From Candidatus Falkowbacteria bacterium (GTDB lineage Bacteria > Patescibacteriota > Patescibacteriia > Patescibacteriales > UBA12465), in NCBI GenBank assembly GCA_037134915.1, contig JBAXLJ010000001.1:37484-101483 (forward strand): a stretch of DNA of 64,000 nucleotides, in the 5' to 3' direction. The translations under genes were made by a program, and so were the position numbers. The notes under the pieces are model-generated. The model was not told the origin of the DNA, searched no databases, and saw only the letters and a list, made by a program, of their open reading frames with translations. Positions 7,906 through 17,721 of the stretch are shown here, one piece after another. Numbering within the stretch: position 1 is the stretch's first letter; the number at the start of each line of letters is the position of its first letter.

Positions 7906-9076
7906 CTTATTATTTTGGAAAAAAAAACCAGTCAATTTAAATATCCTTTATTTCATGGCCTTTTTTTTGGCCCTGGCCGGAGCTCTACCGACATATATTC
8001 AATCCAGTTACTTAGAAAATTTTGTTGGTCTGCCCGCGGTTACTTGGTTTTTTATAACAGCCAATTTAATTTCTATTCTGACAATTTTATTTTTTCCAAG
8101 ATTTATAAAAAAAATTGGTAATTACCAGGCCACCTGGATAATGTCACTGCTATTTATATTTTCTTTGGCTGGTCAAGGACTGTCCACTAATCCCTATTTA
8201 ATTTTTGTTTTTTTTATTCTAATGAGTGTTGCTGCTAATTTAATCTGGATAAATATGGATATTTTTGTGGAGAAATCTTCAAATAATAGTACCACTGGAA
8301 AAACGCGTACCATTTATTTTACTATTATTAATTTAGCCTGGATTATTTCCCCAACAATATCAGCTAGTCTAATTAGTCTGGATAATTATTCCACCGTTTT
8401 CTTGGCCGCCGCCATTTTAACAACCCCATTTCTTTTGGTTCTTTCGCTTTATGCTAAAAAACTTAAAAGTAAAATTTACTACAAAAAAACCACCATTGGC
8501 AAAACTCTTTTAAAAATGCACCAAAACCCCGATTTAAGTGGCATCTTTTGGTTGTCCACTCTACTAAATATTTTCTTTAATGCCGCAACAGTTTTTATTC
8601 CAATTTATCTTAACAAAGTTATTGGCTTCTCCTGGATAGAGCTTGGTTTAATGTTTTCAATTATGCTTATTCCTTTTATTGTTCTAGAAATTCCCGCCGG
8701 CATTATTGCCGATAAATATTTAGGTGAGAAAGAGATGCTTTATTTTGGTTACCTAATAATAATTATTTCTTTGTGTTTATTCTCCACCAGCACTACTAAC
8801 AATTTTTGGTTTTGGGCTAGCTTATTATTTTTTAGTCGTATCGGCGCTTCTTTGCTGGAAGCGATGCGTGAAACCTATTTTTTCAAAAAAGTCGGCGCTA
8901 GCGATGTTGATAAAATAAACATATTTAAGGCCTCCATTCCTTTTGGTTATTTATTAGGATCTCTTATCTCCTTAACGGTTTTAGTCTTTTTACCAATTAA
9001 TTATATTTTTATAATTACCGCCTTAATTACTTGCTCCGCGTTTCCTTTTCTGGCTACCATCAAGGATACTAAATAG
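7898..9076 (+). CDS. MFS-type transporter
   Basis: About 12 predicted TM segments. The start is placed at the ATG at 7898, which overlaps the lgt stop by 8 nt. The track start at 7862 lies well inside lgt. Confidence 0.6.
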   Translation: MFNLLFWKKKPVNLNILYFMAFFLALAGALPTYIQSSYLENFVGLPAVTWFFITANLISILTILFFPRFIKKIGNYQATWIMSLLFIFSLAGQGLSTNPYLIFVFFILMSVAANLIWINMDIFVEKSSNNSTTGKTRTIYFTIINLAWIISPTISASLISLDNYSTVFLAAAILTTPFLLVLSLYAKKLKSKIYYKKTTIGKTLLKMHQNPDLSGIFWLSTLLNIFFNAATVFIPIYLNKVIGFSWIELGLMFSIMLIPFIVLEIPAGIIADKYLGEKEMLYFGYLIIIISLCLFSTSTTNNFWFWASLLFFSRIGASLLEAMRETYFFKKVGASDVDKINIFKASIPFGYLLGSLISLTVLVFLPINYIFIITALITCSAFPFLATIKDTK

Positions 9077-9130
9077 AACCAGCCAAAGTGGTTGACGAGC
9101 CTTAAAACATCAGTTATTATAAAGGTAAAT

Positions 9131-9203
9131 TGCGGGTATCGTATAATGGTTTTTTATATCAGCCTTCCAAGCTGAGGATGGGGGTTCGATTCCCCCTACC
9201 CGC
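9131..9203 (+). tRNA. tRNA-Gly (anticodon TCC)
   Basis: Acceptor GCGGGTA/TACCCGC. Anticodon stem-loop is TCAGC-cuUCCaa-GCTGA. T-arm is GGGGGTTCGATTCCCCC. Confidence 0.85.
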
Positions 9204-9304
9204 TCATTTTGTAAAAGCGCCCGGTAAACCTTTTGACTGTCGGGTGTTTTTTATTTGCCAAAACCCTCAAATATTGACATAATTACAAGATAAACCAAGT
9301 TTTT

Positions 9305-10387
9305 ATGAAATATTTATTCTTTGTTCAAACCGAAGGTCGCGGCCACTTATCGCAAGCCTTGTGTCTAGCGGAAAAACTACGTCAAAATGGTCACGAAATT
9401 GTGGGTGTAATTGTTAACGATAATCCCGTTCGAAAAATTCCAGACTTTTTTACAACTGTAATTAACTGTCCAATTCACTACATCAAAAGTCCTTATTTTT
9501 TAATTAACAAGCAGGGCACAGGAATAAATTTTGGCCGCAGCGTCTTCTTTAATCTTTCTCGCCTATCTATATATATCAAAAGCCTGAAGGAGATTAATCG
9601 GCTTTACAGACAATATCAGCCAGATGTAATTATTAATTTTTATGAACCCTTAGCTGGTCTTTATAACCTCTTTTATAATTCCAAAACTCCAAGTTTTACG
9701 GTTGGTCATCAGTTTTTTATCGAGCATCCTGCCTTTAAAAGACCAAACAAACATTTATTTGATTATGCTTTTTTAATTATTTACAACCATTTAATTTCTT
9801 GTCGATCCCGAGCTAAGTTGGCTCTATCTTTTACTCGAGAAGAAGATTGTTTAAGAAAAAAAATTATTGTCTGCCCACCGTTAATTAAAAAAGAAATAAA
9901 AAATATTAATCCTAAACAGGAAAATTTTATTCTTTTCTATGTACTTAACTACGGTTATTTTGAAGAAATAAAAAATTGGGCCAGCTTACACCCGGAACAA
10001 GCCATAGAGGCTTTTTGGGATAAAAAAGATGAAACTGAAACTAAGGTTTTTGGTTCTAATTTAAAATTTCACCCCATTAGTGGGCAAAAATTTGTTGACC
10101 TTTTGCAAAGCTGCTCCACTTATGTCTCAACCGCCGGCTTTGACTCTATTTGCGAGGCCGCCTATTTGCAAAAAAATATTTTAATGGTACCCACCAAAAA
10201 CCACTACGAACAACTATGTAATGCTGTAGATGCGGTACGCGCTCAAATAGCCATTACTGACTCTTTCTTTAATATAGACTTAGCCATTAAATCACAAAAA
10301 AACCGCCAGGAAGCGCCCGGGCGGATTTTTAAAAATTGGGTTGATACTGAATCAGATAAAATAGTTCGGATAATTACTAAATTCTAA
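9305..10387 (+). CDS. GT-B fold glycosyltransferase (MurG/GT28-like N-terminus)
   Basis: N-terminal FFVQTEGRGHLSQALCLAEKLRQNGHEI matches the G-x-GH...A...L..GHEV pattern of GT-B glycosyltransferases. Confidence 0.6.
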   Translation: MKYLFFVQTEGRGHLSQALCLAEKLRQNGHEIVGVIVNDNPVRKIPDFFTTVINCPIHYIKSPYFLINKQGTGINFGRSVFFNLSRLSIYIKSLKEINRLYRQYQPDVIINFYEPLAGLYNLFYNSKTPSFTVGHQFFIEHPAFKRPNKHLFDYAFLIIYNHLISCRSRAKLALSFTREEDCLRKKIIVCPPLIKKEIKNINPKQENFILFYVLNYGYFEEIKNWASLHPEQAIEAFWDKKDETETKVFGSNLKFHPISGQKFVDLLQSCSTYVSTAGFDSICEAAYLQKNILMVPTKNHYEQLCNAVDAVRAQIAITDSFFNIDLAIKSQKNRQEAPGRIFKNWVDTESDKIVRIITKF

Positions 10388-10391
10388 AAAA

Positions 10392-11405
10392 TTAATTAAA
10401 AATTGTTTTTCCAATCTTCCAATATTCAGGATCACCATAAAGTTTTTGCCAATACCACCACTCAACCCCCCAAACATATATCTGCTTAAAATTAACATCC
10501 AGCGCGTATTGTAAATTAGCCCTTAACTGATCAGTGCTCATTGTTTTGTTGATTTGGTCTTGAGTCAGATATATCATTTTTCCTTGAGGAACCCAGGGTT
10601 CTGTTTGAAGCTCAATAATTAGAGCTTTTTCTTTTTTAATGCCAGCTAAGTCAGCCTTTAACTGATAAAAATAAGTTGGAAAGGAATATCTAATATAGCC
10701 CAGCCAACTATTATATACCACGCGGTACATAGTGGTACCAAAGACGTCGCCAGCGGCCGCTTCGTTTCTCCAGGAACTCATTTCTCCTGACCCAGTTATA
10801 ATAATTGGTCGCGAATCAAGCGACCTAACTAAATCGATTTCTTGCTGTAAAAAATTACGGTCCAGTGGCGGACAAACACCAAAAGATCCTAAAAAAGCCT
10901 CATTTTCCACCTGCCAATTACTTATATTTGGGTTATCTTTGTATCTTAAAACAACAACCCTAATCATTCTTAAAATATCCGCCTCTGATCTGGCGACGCT
11001 ATTTTTTTGGTTCCACGCTGGACTGTGACACTCCGGCCATCTTGGTTGACGACGCCCCAAAGTGATGATCATTTTAGCATCTCTAGCGCTAGCCTGACTA
11101 ACCATATAATCCATGTCAGAAAAATCATAAGCTAGTTCTGTTTTTTCTATTTCATCCCAGTAAGCCGGTAAACGCAGGTAGCGAACCTTGAGGTCGTCTA
11201 AGATAGCAATATAGGCCTCTTTCCAATTAAGTCCTAATTCGTCACAGAACTTTTTAGAGAAGGTGGCTCCAAATTCACCCGGACGGTGATCGAGGGTTAT
11301 TTTAGCTGGAAAATGATTAAAAAATTTTACTGATAAAATTATATAAAGCAAAAGTGTAGCTAAAACAGAGAGTCCAATTAAAATAATTTTTTTTCTTCTT
11401 GTCAT
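10392..11405 (-). CDS. Membrane-anchored TIM-barrel glycoside-hydrolase-like protein (GH5/GH42-like)
   Basis: N-terminal TM segment IILIGLSVLATLLLYIILS. A candidate acid/base motif is NWQVENEAF. The family assignment is tentative. Confidence 0.45.
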   Translation of the reverse strand: MTRRKKIILIGLSVLATLLLYIILSVKFFNHFPAKITLDHRPGEFGATFSKKFCDELGLNWKEAYIAILDDLKVRYLRLPAYWDEIEKTELAYDFSDMDYMVSQASARDAKMIITLGRRQPRWPECHSPAWNQKNSVARSEADILRMIRVVVLRYKDNPNISNWQVENEAFLGSFGVCPPLDRNFLQQEIDLVRSLDSRPIIITGSGEMSSWRNEAAAGDVFGTTMYRVVYNSWLGYIRYSFPTYFYQLKADLAGIKKEKALIIELQTEPWVPQGKMIYLTQDQINKTMSTDQLRANLQYALDVNFKQIYVWGVEWWYWQKLYGDPEYWKIGKTIFN

Positions 11406-11418
11406 ACAGTTTTAAACT

Positions 11419-12369
11419 TTATACATTAAGCGAGGTTAAATACAAACCAATACTAATTAAAATTAAGGCAATAATTTTTTGAATTAAGGTTGACCAGGAA
11501 AATTTTTCTTTATACTCTTTAAAAAAGAAACCTAAAAAGAAGGCTAAAAACATCATCAGGGCATATTGAAAACCTTGCAAAGCAGTAATAATCGCTACGG
11601 GTCCTAAAAAAATAGCATAGTTTTGTAAAATAAAACTAAGCGATCCTAGCGCTTGATTAAATAGAAACAAAAAAATATTTTTCTTCTGGTGTTTTTTACC
11701 GCCACTATCACCTCTTAAGTTTTTAATAATTTCTTTTCGACTCTTGGTTTCTAATAGAAAAAATAAAACCGAAATTAAAGCTCCAAGTCTTATCCAAATA
11801 AAAGCACTCCAAAAATCCTGACGTAAATAGACATACTTAGTTGCCGAAAAAAATAAAGCATAAAAAAGAGCCGCCAAAATAACCAGAATAAAGGAATTCT
11901 TCTTATAATCTTCAGCTCGCAAGCTTTGCCAAATTTTTTCCCAGAAAGAATGTCGACCCGGTAAAAAAGCCACCAAGAAAATACCACTAAGCAAAAAAAG
12001 TAATCCCGCTAATTGCAAAACACTAAGCAAATCGCCAACAAAAAGCCAAGAAAAAATGGCTGAGAAAATTGGGATTAAACCGCCAATTAAAATAATGGTT
12101 CGCGCCGCCTCACCACGACGCAAAGCTTCATATAAAAAAAATAAGGCCGTAGCAAAAAGTGTCCCGGTAAGAATGTTGGCTCCTAGCAAAAACAAACCAG
12201 GCCAATGAAGAAACCAAGGGGCGGCTAAAAAAATCAGTGACCCCAAAAGACAAACCAAAAAAGTGTAGGCCTTACTGCTCTTTAAAATATTATCAATTAC
12301 AAACTTATCGGTTAAGTTGACAATTGCCAAAAAAAAGTAGGCTGTAATTGCTATTAAAAACCAAGACAT
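11419..12369 (-). CDS. EamA/DMT-superfamily membrane transporter
   Basis: About 10 TM helices arranged as two similar halves. Confidence 0.55.
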   Translation of the reverse strand: MSWFLIAITAYFFLAIVNLTDKFVIDNILKSSKAYTFLVCLLGSLIFLAAPWFLHWPGLFLLGANILTGTLFATALFFLYEALRRGEAARTIILIGGLIPIFSAIFSWLFVGDLLSVLQLAGLLFLLSGIFLVAFLPGRHSFWEKIWQSLRAEDYKKNSFILVILAALFYALFFSATKYVYLRQDFWSAFIWIRLGALISVLFFLLETKSRKEIIKNLRGDSGGKKHQKKNIFLFLFNQALGSLSFILQNYAIFLGPVAIITALQGFQYALMMFLAFFLGFFFKEYKEKFSWSTLIQKIIALILISIGLYLTSLNV

Positions 12370-12372
12370 ATT

Positions 12373-13647
12373 TTATTTATCAAAAATTTTATCAATGTTA
12401 TAGGTGCCCATTACTTCTGCATTTAAAAATCCATCCATAGCCGCTCGAGCCAGTCTTCCTGATTCTAACAAATCTGGTAGCCACTCAGCGACATATTCAG
12501 GGTTAGGAGAATCAATTCCCGCACCCAAACCAATTAACCATTCGTGATTAAAGTCTTCCTGAGAACCAACTGGTTCTGAAATAATAATTGGCAAGCCTAG
12601 AGCACAATAAAAAGATAACTCTGACGGCTTGGTCCATAAAATATCACTAGTTCTAAGAACCTGATTAAATTTTTTAAAATAATTAATCTTATCAATATCA
12701 AAGATAACTCTGACGTTACTATTAGCATCAAGTCCTAAGTCTTTAATTCCAAAATCAAAATATTCTTTTATTTCCGGACGATTTCCGGCGACTAAATTGA
12801 CGGCTAGTTTGCCGGAAATTATTTTATCCTTAAGTTTTTTTAAAATAATAAGTCCAGTTTCTTTCTGAGCCCCAGCCCCACCCACCGCATAAGTTATTGT
12901 TAGCGGCCTGGTAACATTCTGTTCTTCTGGTAAATAATTTTTAACAACCGCTGAATATTTTTCGAAATAAATTCCCCTAGGGTCAAGTAAACTTAATCTG
13001 GCTGACAAGTCTCTTTTTAAAATTTCTTTATTCTCTCCAATGTTTTCTTTTGGTAAAGGAAAGCCGGTGACAATTAAATTTTTTTCTGGAACCCCATACA
13101 TCATGAAGCGCTCTTTAACTTTCTCGCTTGGCAATAAATAAATTACTCTAGTTTCTTCAGAGTTTAAATTAGCCCAGGCCCGCGAAGCATCGGTATCGCA
13201 AACTACACAGTATATCAACCCCTTATACTTATGAGCTTCCGCTGAGTAAGCGGCCACAAAAAATGTAGTTAAGTAGGGCAAATTGCTATTATTTAATTTA
13301 TTTACCAAGTCCTTACCTAAACCCTTGTTTATCATGCGATAAAAAAACTTTTCTTGGGTGGTTGGTTTAGATAAATCTCGGTTGGGATAAAAAGCGTCAA
13401 TTTTTTGAAAAGCGTCCATAGCGGCGAAAACTAAAGAACCAAACAAAGGTATTTTTTTCAAACGTGAAATTTTTTCATATGATTTTAAACTTTTTTCCCA
13501 ATATTTTTTTTCCCATTCGGGAATGCCTTCATAATTATTAATTGAAACAATTTTATTATTCGCAGCAATATCAATCAAGGGATAGGCGGCCCGAAAATGA
13601 CCATAACCCATATCAGCGGCAATTAAATTTATTTTTGGACGGCTCAT
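12373..13647 (-). CDS. GT-B glycosyltransferase (MGDG-synthase/MurG-like)
   Basis: N-terminal IAADMGYGHFRAAYPL resembles the G-G-GH..AA..L motif of MGDG-synthase-like enzymes. Lies 3 nt upstream of the DMT gene on the same strand. Confidence 0.5.
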   Translation of the reverse strand: MSRPKINLIAADMGYGHFRAAYPLIDIAANNKIVSINNYEGIPEWEKKYWEKSLKSYEKISRLKKIPLFGSLVFAAMDAFQKIDAFYPNRDLSKPTTQEKFFYRMINKGLGKDLVNKLNNSNLPYLTTFFVAAYSAEAHKYKGLIYCVVCDTDASRAWANLNSEETRVIYLLPSEKVKERFMMYGVPEKNLIVTGFPLPKENIGENKEILKRDLSARLSLLDPRGIYFEKYSAVVKNYLPEEQNVTRPLTITYAVGGAGAQKETGLIILKKLKDKIISGKLAVNLVAGNRPEIKEYFDFGIKDLGLDANSNVRVIFDIDKINYFKKFNQVLRTSDILWTKPSELSFYCALGLPIIISEPVGSQEDFNHEWLIGLGAGIDSPNPEYVAEWLPDLLESGRLARAAMDGFLNAEVMGTYNIDKIFDK

Positions 13648-13706
13648 AAAAAATTAGTTTTATTCTCTTATATTATACAGTAAAAATTTAAAATAAAAAA
13701 TTAATT

Positions 13707-14642
13707 TTATTTACTTAAACCAATAGATCCGGTTTTTCCTTGTAAAAATTTATATGCCATGAGGGCGGCAATTGTTGCTTGTCCGGTAGCCACCGTAATT
13801 TGCTTAAATTCACTAGCATTAGTGACGTCACCCGCCGCAAAAATACCAGCTGTTTTAGTTTCCATATTACCATTTACCATAAGCTGCATCTTTTCGTCTC
13901 GATCAACAAAGTCGGCAACCAAATCAGTACTGGCAATCCGACCAATCTCGATAAAAATACCATCCACCAAGATTTCTTTATTTCCATTATCACTGGTTTC
14001 GTAAATTAATTTTTCTACACTTTTATTACCAAAGATTTCTTTAATTTTAATATCTTTAACAATTTCAATATTATCCCTAGAAGAAACCTCTGAAACCAGT
14101 CCGTCAAAGGCCTTAAAATCCTTGCCTCGGTGAAGTAAATAAACCTTGCTAGCAATTTTAGATAAAACCTCGGCAGCATCAAACGCGGCGTTCCCGCCAC
14201 CAATTACTGCCACCTGTTTACCTCGATAAAGAGGGCCATCACAATTAGCACAATAAGAAACCCCTTTACCACTAAATTCAATTTCTCCTGGCACCGCTAA
14301 TCTGCGAGGTGATAAACCAATGGTTAAAATAATTGATCTAGTTAAAAATTCTTCCTTATTAGTAAACACTTTGAAAGTATTATCAGAATTTTTTTCTATT
14401 TTCTGAACCTCGGATTCTTTGAGTTCGGCCCCAAAGGACAAGGCTTGATCCTTAAAACTCTCAATAAACTCATAATTTTTGACGCTTTTAAAGCCTGGGT
14501 AATTCTCAATTTCACCCGCCCAAACAATCTGTCCACCAATTTCTCGACTAATAATTAAGGTTTTCATCTCACGCCTGGTAGTAAAGATGGCGGCGGTAAA
14601 CCCCGCCGGACCAGCGCCAATAATAATTGTATCGTAAATCAT
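13707..14642 (-). CDS. trxB: Thioredoxin-disulfide reductase
   Basis: Motifs IIIGAGPAG, the redox-active CANCDG, VIGGGNAAFDAA and FAAGDV. Confidence 0.92.
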   Translation of the reverse strand: MIYDTIIIGAGPAGFTAAIFTTRREMKTLIISREIGGQIVWAGEIENYPGFKSVKNYEFIESFKDQALSFGAELKESEVQKIEKNSDNTFKVFTNKEEFLTRSIILTIGLSPRRLAVPGEIEFSGKGVSYCANCDGPLYRGKQVAVIGGGNAAFDAAEVLSKIASKVYLLHRGKDFKAFDGLVSEVSSRDNIEIVKDIKIKEIFGNKSVEKLIYETSDNGNKEILVDGIFIEIGRIASTDLVADFVDRDEKMQLMVNGNMETKTAGIFAAGDVTNASEFKQITVATGQATIAALMAYKFLQGKTGSIGLSK

Positions 14643-14767
14643 AAATAAAATGTTAGTTTAGATTCTAATTATACCGTTTTTTAATCTTTTTAGCAAACCG
14701 CAAAATCCATCCCAAAAACCCCGTTATTTAAATAAAATGTGCTAATATTAAATTAAATAATTAACTA

Positions 14768-14783
14768 TGTTCCTTGAGGAACA
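14768..14783. repeat. 16-bp palindrome TGTTCC-TTGA-GGAACA (copy 1)
   Basis: It is the exact reverse complement of 14902-14917. Each copy is also a 6-4-6 palindrome on its own. Confidence 0.9.
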
Positions 14784-14901
14784 GAGACAAACAGTTCAAA
14801 TATCTTGCGAGACACTCCAAAGTCGCTCTAAAAATAAAATAGCTCAAATACCCATAATTTGGTCTAAAACAATAATTAGTATACCAATAATTTCTCGTTT
14901 T

Positions 14902-14917
14902 TGTTCCTCAAGGAACA
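14902..14917. repeat. 16-bp palindrome TGTTCC-TCAA-GGAACA (copy 2)
   Basis: Exact reverse complement of 14768-14783. A third palindrome, TTGTCCA-N8-TGGACAA, follows at 14929-14950. Confidence 0.9.
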
Positions 14918-14997
14918 CAGCCAACATTTTGTCCACAATATTTTGGACAAACAAAAAAAGCCCTGAGGCTCTTTTGGTAATAAACAAGAAATTAAAC

Positions 14998-15074
14998 TGG
15001 TGGACCATAAGGGACTTGAACCCTTGACCTCTTCCATGCCATGGAAGCGCTCTAGCCAACTGAGCTAATGGCCC
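14998..15074 (-). tRNA. tRNA-Ala (anticodon GGC), CCA encoded
   Basis: The reverse complement reads GGGCCATTAGCTCAG...CTTCC-auGGCau-GGAAG...GGTTCAAGTCC...ATGGTCCACCA. The G3:U70 Ala identity pair is present. Confidence 0.88.
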
Positions 15075-15162
15075 ATAAATCAATCATTTACATAATAACT
15101 TATTTACATTATTAGTCAACAATTGAAAAATACGACAATTTTTTAATTTTTTAACAACATTG

Positions 15163-15234
15163 TGTCCTCGCCAGGAATCGAACCTGGATTTAGAACTTAG
15201 GAGATTCTCGTTTTATCCATTAAACTACGAGGAC
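15163..15234 (-). tRNA. tRNA-Arg (anticodon CCT)
   Basis: The reverse complement reads GTCCTCGTAGTTTAATGG...AGAAT-cuCCUaa-GTTCT...CCAGGTTCGATTCCTGG-CGAGGAC-A. Confidence 0.85.
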
Positions 15235-15391
15235 TTAAAAAAGTAAACGATCGGCAACGTATATACTATATTTTCTTTATCATTTTAAGTCAAATCTTTG
15301 ACAAAGCTCTGACGATAACCTACAATTAAACCGTAGATTTACTCTTATTTTATAATCACTTAGGCTAAAACCCTAACAGATTCTTAAAACT

Positions 15392-15817
15392 ATGTTTAAC
15401 AAAGACAACAAGCCAGAAAAATTTAAAGACGCAGAAACGATTATTGGGGCTTCCATTAAAGTTAAGGGTAACTTTCATGGTCAGGGCAATATTGTGGTAG
15501 AGGGCCAATTGGAGGGCAATCTAAGAACCGACGCTAATTTATTTATTGGTGATAAGGCTAAAGTTGTGGCTAATATAGAAGCAATTGACGCCATAATTAA
15601 CGGCGAGGTTAAAGGGTCCTTAAAAATTCATCAATATTTAGCCATTGGCCCGACCGCCAAGATCATCGGTGACATTAATTGTTGTGAAATATCAATAGAA
15701 AAAGGAGCAATGATAAACGGACAGATTATTTATGTTCCAAATAATAATAAGGCCACAAGAATGAAGTCGTCTGAGGCCGAAGATTCTTCGGAAGATGAAG
15801 AAAAAGACGAAGAATAA
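15392..15817 (+). CDS. Bactofilin-family polymer-forming cytoskeletal protein with an acidic tail
   Basis: Beta-helix repeats IIGASIKVKGNFHGQGNIVVEGQLEGNL...INGEVKGSL. C-terminal tail is SSEAEDSSEDEEKDEE. Confidence 0.8.
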   Translation: MFNKDNKPEKFKDAETIIGASIKVKGNFHGQGNIVVEGQLEGNLRTDANLFIGDKAKVVANIEAIDAIINGEVKGSLKIHQYLAIGPTAKIIGDINCCEISIEKGAMINGQIIYVPNNNKATRMKSSEAEDSSEDEEKDEE

Positions 15818-15856
15818 TCATTATATAGAGTCTTATAAGACACACATTGTAAATGT

Positions 15857-16603
15857 ATGAATATTTATATATATGATGATTATTTAAATAAAAGCAAATA
15901 TAGCCGAATTCTGAATCGAGTTGAAATCCGTTTGACCGATTTAGGTTTGAATGGAAAAATAATTAGGCTAGGTGCTATAAAAAATATTCGCGATGTTATC
16001 CAAAACGAAATAAAAAATGGTGCTAAAACCATCGTTGCTGTTGGTAATAATCAAACAGTGAATAAGATTATTGGGTCGGTAATTGATAACGAATTATACG
16101 GTTTTTTTCAAAAAAACATTCTTTTTTCAATTATCCCGATCGGGGAAGACAATTCCATTGCCGATTCTTTAGGAATTAGAAAAGAGGAGGAGGCTTGCAA
16201 TATTCTTCTAGCTAGACGGGTAAAGAAAATTGATATCGGAATTGTAAATAATTACTATTTTCTAAATAAGGCCACTATTCCTTGTCAGGATACAGTTTTG
16301 GAGATTGCCGGTGAATATTCCATCGAAAGCCAAGAAAAAGGGGTCATAAATATTTTTAACCTAAAAAGCGACACTAGTGATGATAAAAATTTAAAAATAA
16401 ATCCGATTGATGGTAAGTTAGATGTTTATATAAAAAATAAGAATAGAGACTTAAGTTTTATTTCTACTAAAAAGATTAAAATAACAAATCCCAATTATCC
16501 ATTGGTTTTAGACGGTATTATTGAAATAAAGACTCCAGCTGATATTGGTATAATTTCTGGAAAACTAAATGTTGTTGTCGGAAAAGATCGCAGTTTTGAA
16601 TAA
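15857..16603 (+). CDS. Diacylglycerol-kinase catalytic-domain-like (YegS/BmrU-like) protein; nucleotide-binding motif degenerate
   Basis: TIVAVGNNQTVNKIIGS occupies the position of the GGDGT motif. The overall length and layout are DAGK_cat-like. Confidence 0.45.
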   Translation: MNIYIYDDYLNKSKYSRILNRVEIRLTDLGLNGKIIRLGAIKNIRDVIQNEIKNGAKTIVAVGNNQTVNKIIGSVIDNELYGFFQKNILFSIIPIGEDNSIADSLGIRKEEEACNILLARRVKKIDIGIVNNYYFLNKATIPCQDTVLEIAGEYSIESQEKGVINIFNLKSDTSDDKNLKINPIDGKLDVYIKNKNRDLSFISTKKIKITNPNYPLVLDGIIEIKTPADIGIISGKLNVVVGKDRSFE

Positions 16604-16610
16604 TTATATT

Positions 16611-16644
16611 AAAAAACAGAGGCCTGAGCGCCTCTGTTTTTTTT
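16611..16644. terminator. Bidirectional intrinsic terminator
   Basis: aaaaaaCAGAGGCctgagcGCCTCTGtttttttt between convergent genes. Confidence 0.8.
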
Positions 16645-16652
16645 GTCATTCA

Positions 16653-17399
16653 TTATTTTATAATTTCTCCTTCAATTAACTTACTGTTATCTGCTTTTTT
16701 AGTTAGTCTTAGAACTAAGAACTGCTGTAAAACAGTTAAGGCGGTAAACATAAACCAATAAAGAGTTAGTCCCCCGGGGAGAGATAAACCAAACACAACC
16801 GTCATAATCGGAAAAATGTAGGTCATCTGCTTATTCATAATATTGGTCATATTCTCTTCAGCGGCTGGTTGGCTAATATTAGCATTTTTTTGTTTAGACA
16901 ACATCATTTTACCCTGGATAAACTGAGCTAAACCGGCGAGCACCGCCAAGTAAATTACTGGCTTACTTAAATCCATAAAACCAAAAGAGATTGCTTGGAA
17001 ATGTTCTGGTTTAGATAAAAAAGAATAAACTAAGCCTAAATCATCTTTTAAACCAACCCTTAAAACCCTAAAAACGGCAAATAAGAAGGGTAGCTGAATA
17101 AGCAGGGGTAAACATGAGGAAAGTGGGTTTATTTTATGTTCCTTATACAAATCCATCGTCGCCTTTCCAAGTTCCGTCTTATTGTCAGCATATTTCTTCT
17201 TAAGTTCCTCTATTTTTGGCTGAATAGCCTGAAGCTCCGTCTGAGACTTGATTGCCTTCTGAGAAAGTGGCCACAAAACTAATTTAATTATAACGGTTAA
17301 TAATATAATAGAGACGCCTAAATCGGCTGTATTGTTATACAAAAAAGCTAAAATATTAAGAATCGGCTGATAACAAATTATTTGATAAAGATTGGACAT
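16653..17399 (-). CDS. yidC: Membrane protein insertase YidC (short form)
   Basis: Motifs PLSQKAIKSQ...MQAIQPKIEELKKKY and NPLSSCLPLLIQLPFLFA. Sits in synteny with yidD, rnpA and rpmH. Confidence 0.9.
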   Translation of the reverse strand: MSNLYQIICYQPILNILAFLYNNTADLGVSIILLTVIIKLVLWPLSQKAIKSQTELQAIQPKIEELKKKYADNKTELGKATMDLYKEHKINPLSSCLPLLIQLPFLFAVFRVLRVGLKDDLGLVYSFLSKPEHFQAISFGFMDLSKPVIYLAVLAGLAQFIQGKMMLSKQKNANISQPAAEENMTNIMNKQMTYIFPIMTVVFGLSLPGGLTLYWFMFTALTVLQQFLVLRLTKKADNSKLIEGEIIK

Positions 17400-17442
17400 A
17401 AAAATAAGTTTTCCGTATTGCTCGGATAAATATTAAATTTTA

Positions 17443-17700
17443 TTAACGAAGAGGGTCACTTCCACCCTTATTCCAGGGGTTGCACCGCAAAACCCGCCAA
17501 GCGGCTTTAATTCCACCCTTGATTATACCATATTTTTCGATTGCTTCTAAACCATACTGGGAACAGCTGGGGTAAAAACGGCAAAAACCGTTAGGATACA
17601 TAGCTTTAAGCGGGCCATGATCAAGAGAAAAAGTTTTTTGATAAAACTTTATTAATTTAATGGCCAGCCCACTAAAAAATTTGTTTATATACTTATTCAT
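17443..17700 (-). CDS. yidD: Membrane protein insertion efficiency factor YidD
   Basis: Motif [19 protein letters not shown]...RCNPW. Confidence 0.92.
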   Translation of the reverse strand: MNKYINKFFSGLAIKLIKFYQKTFSLDHGPLKAMYPNGFCRFYPSCSQYGLEAIEKYGIIKGGIKAAWRVLRCNPWNKGGSDPLR

Positions 17701-17721
17701 AAATACAATTAAAGTTCTATA

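Noticed and set aside
14767-15083. Two track ORFs (86 aa on the plus strand, 79 aa on the minus strand) in the trxB-tRNA spacer.
   Set aside because: Both run into or through the tRNA-Ala gene (14998-15074) and span the palindromic repeats. I treat the region as non-coding.
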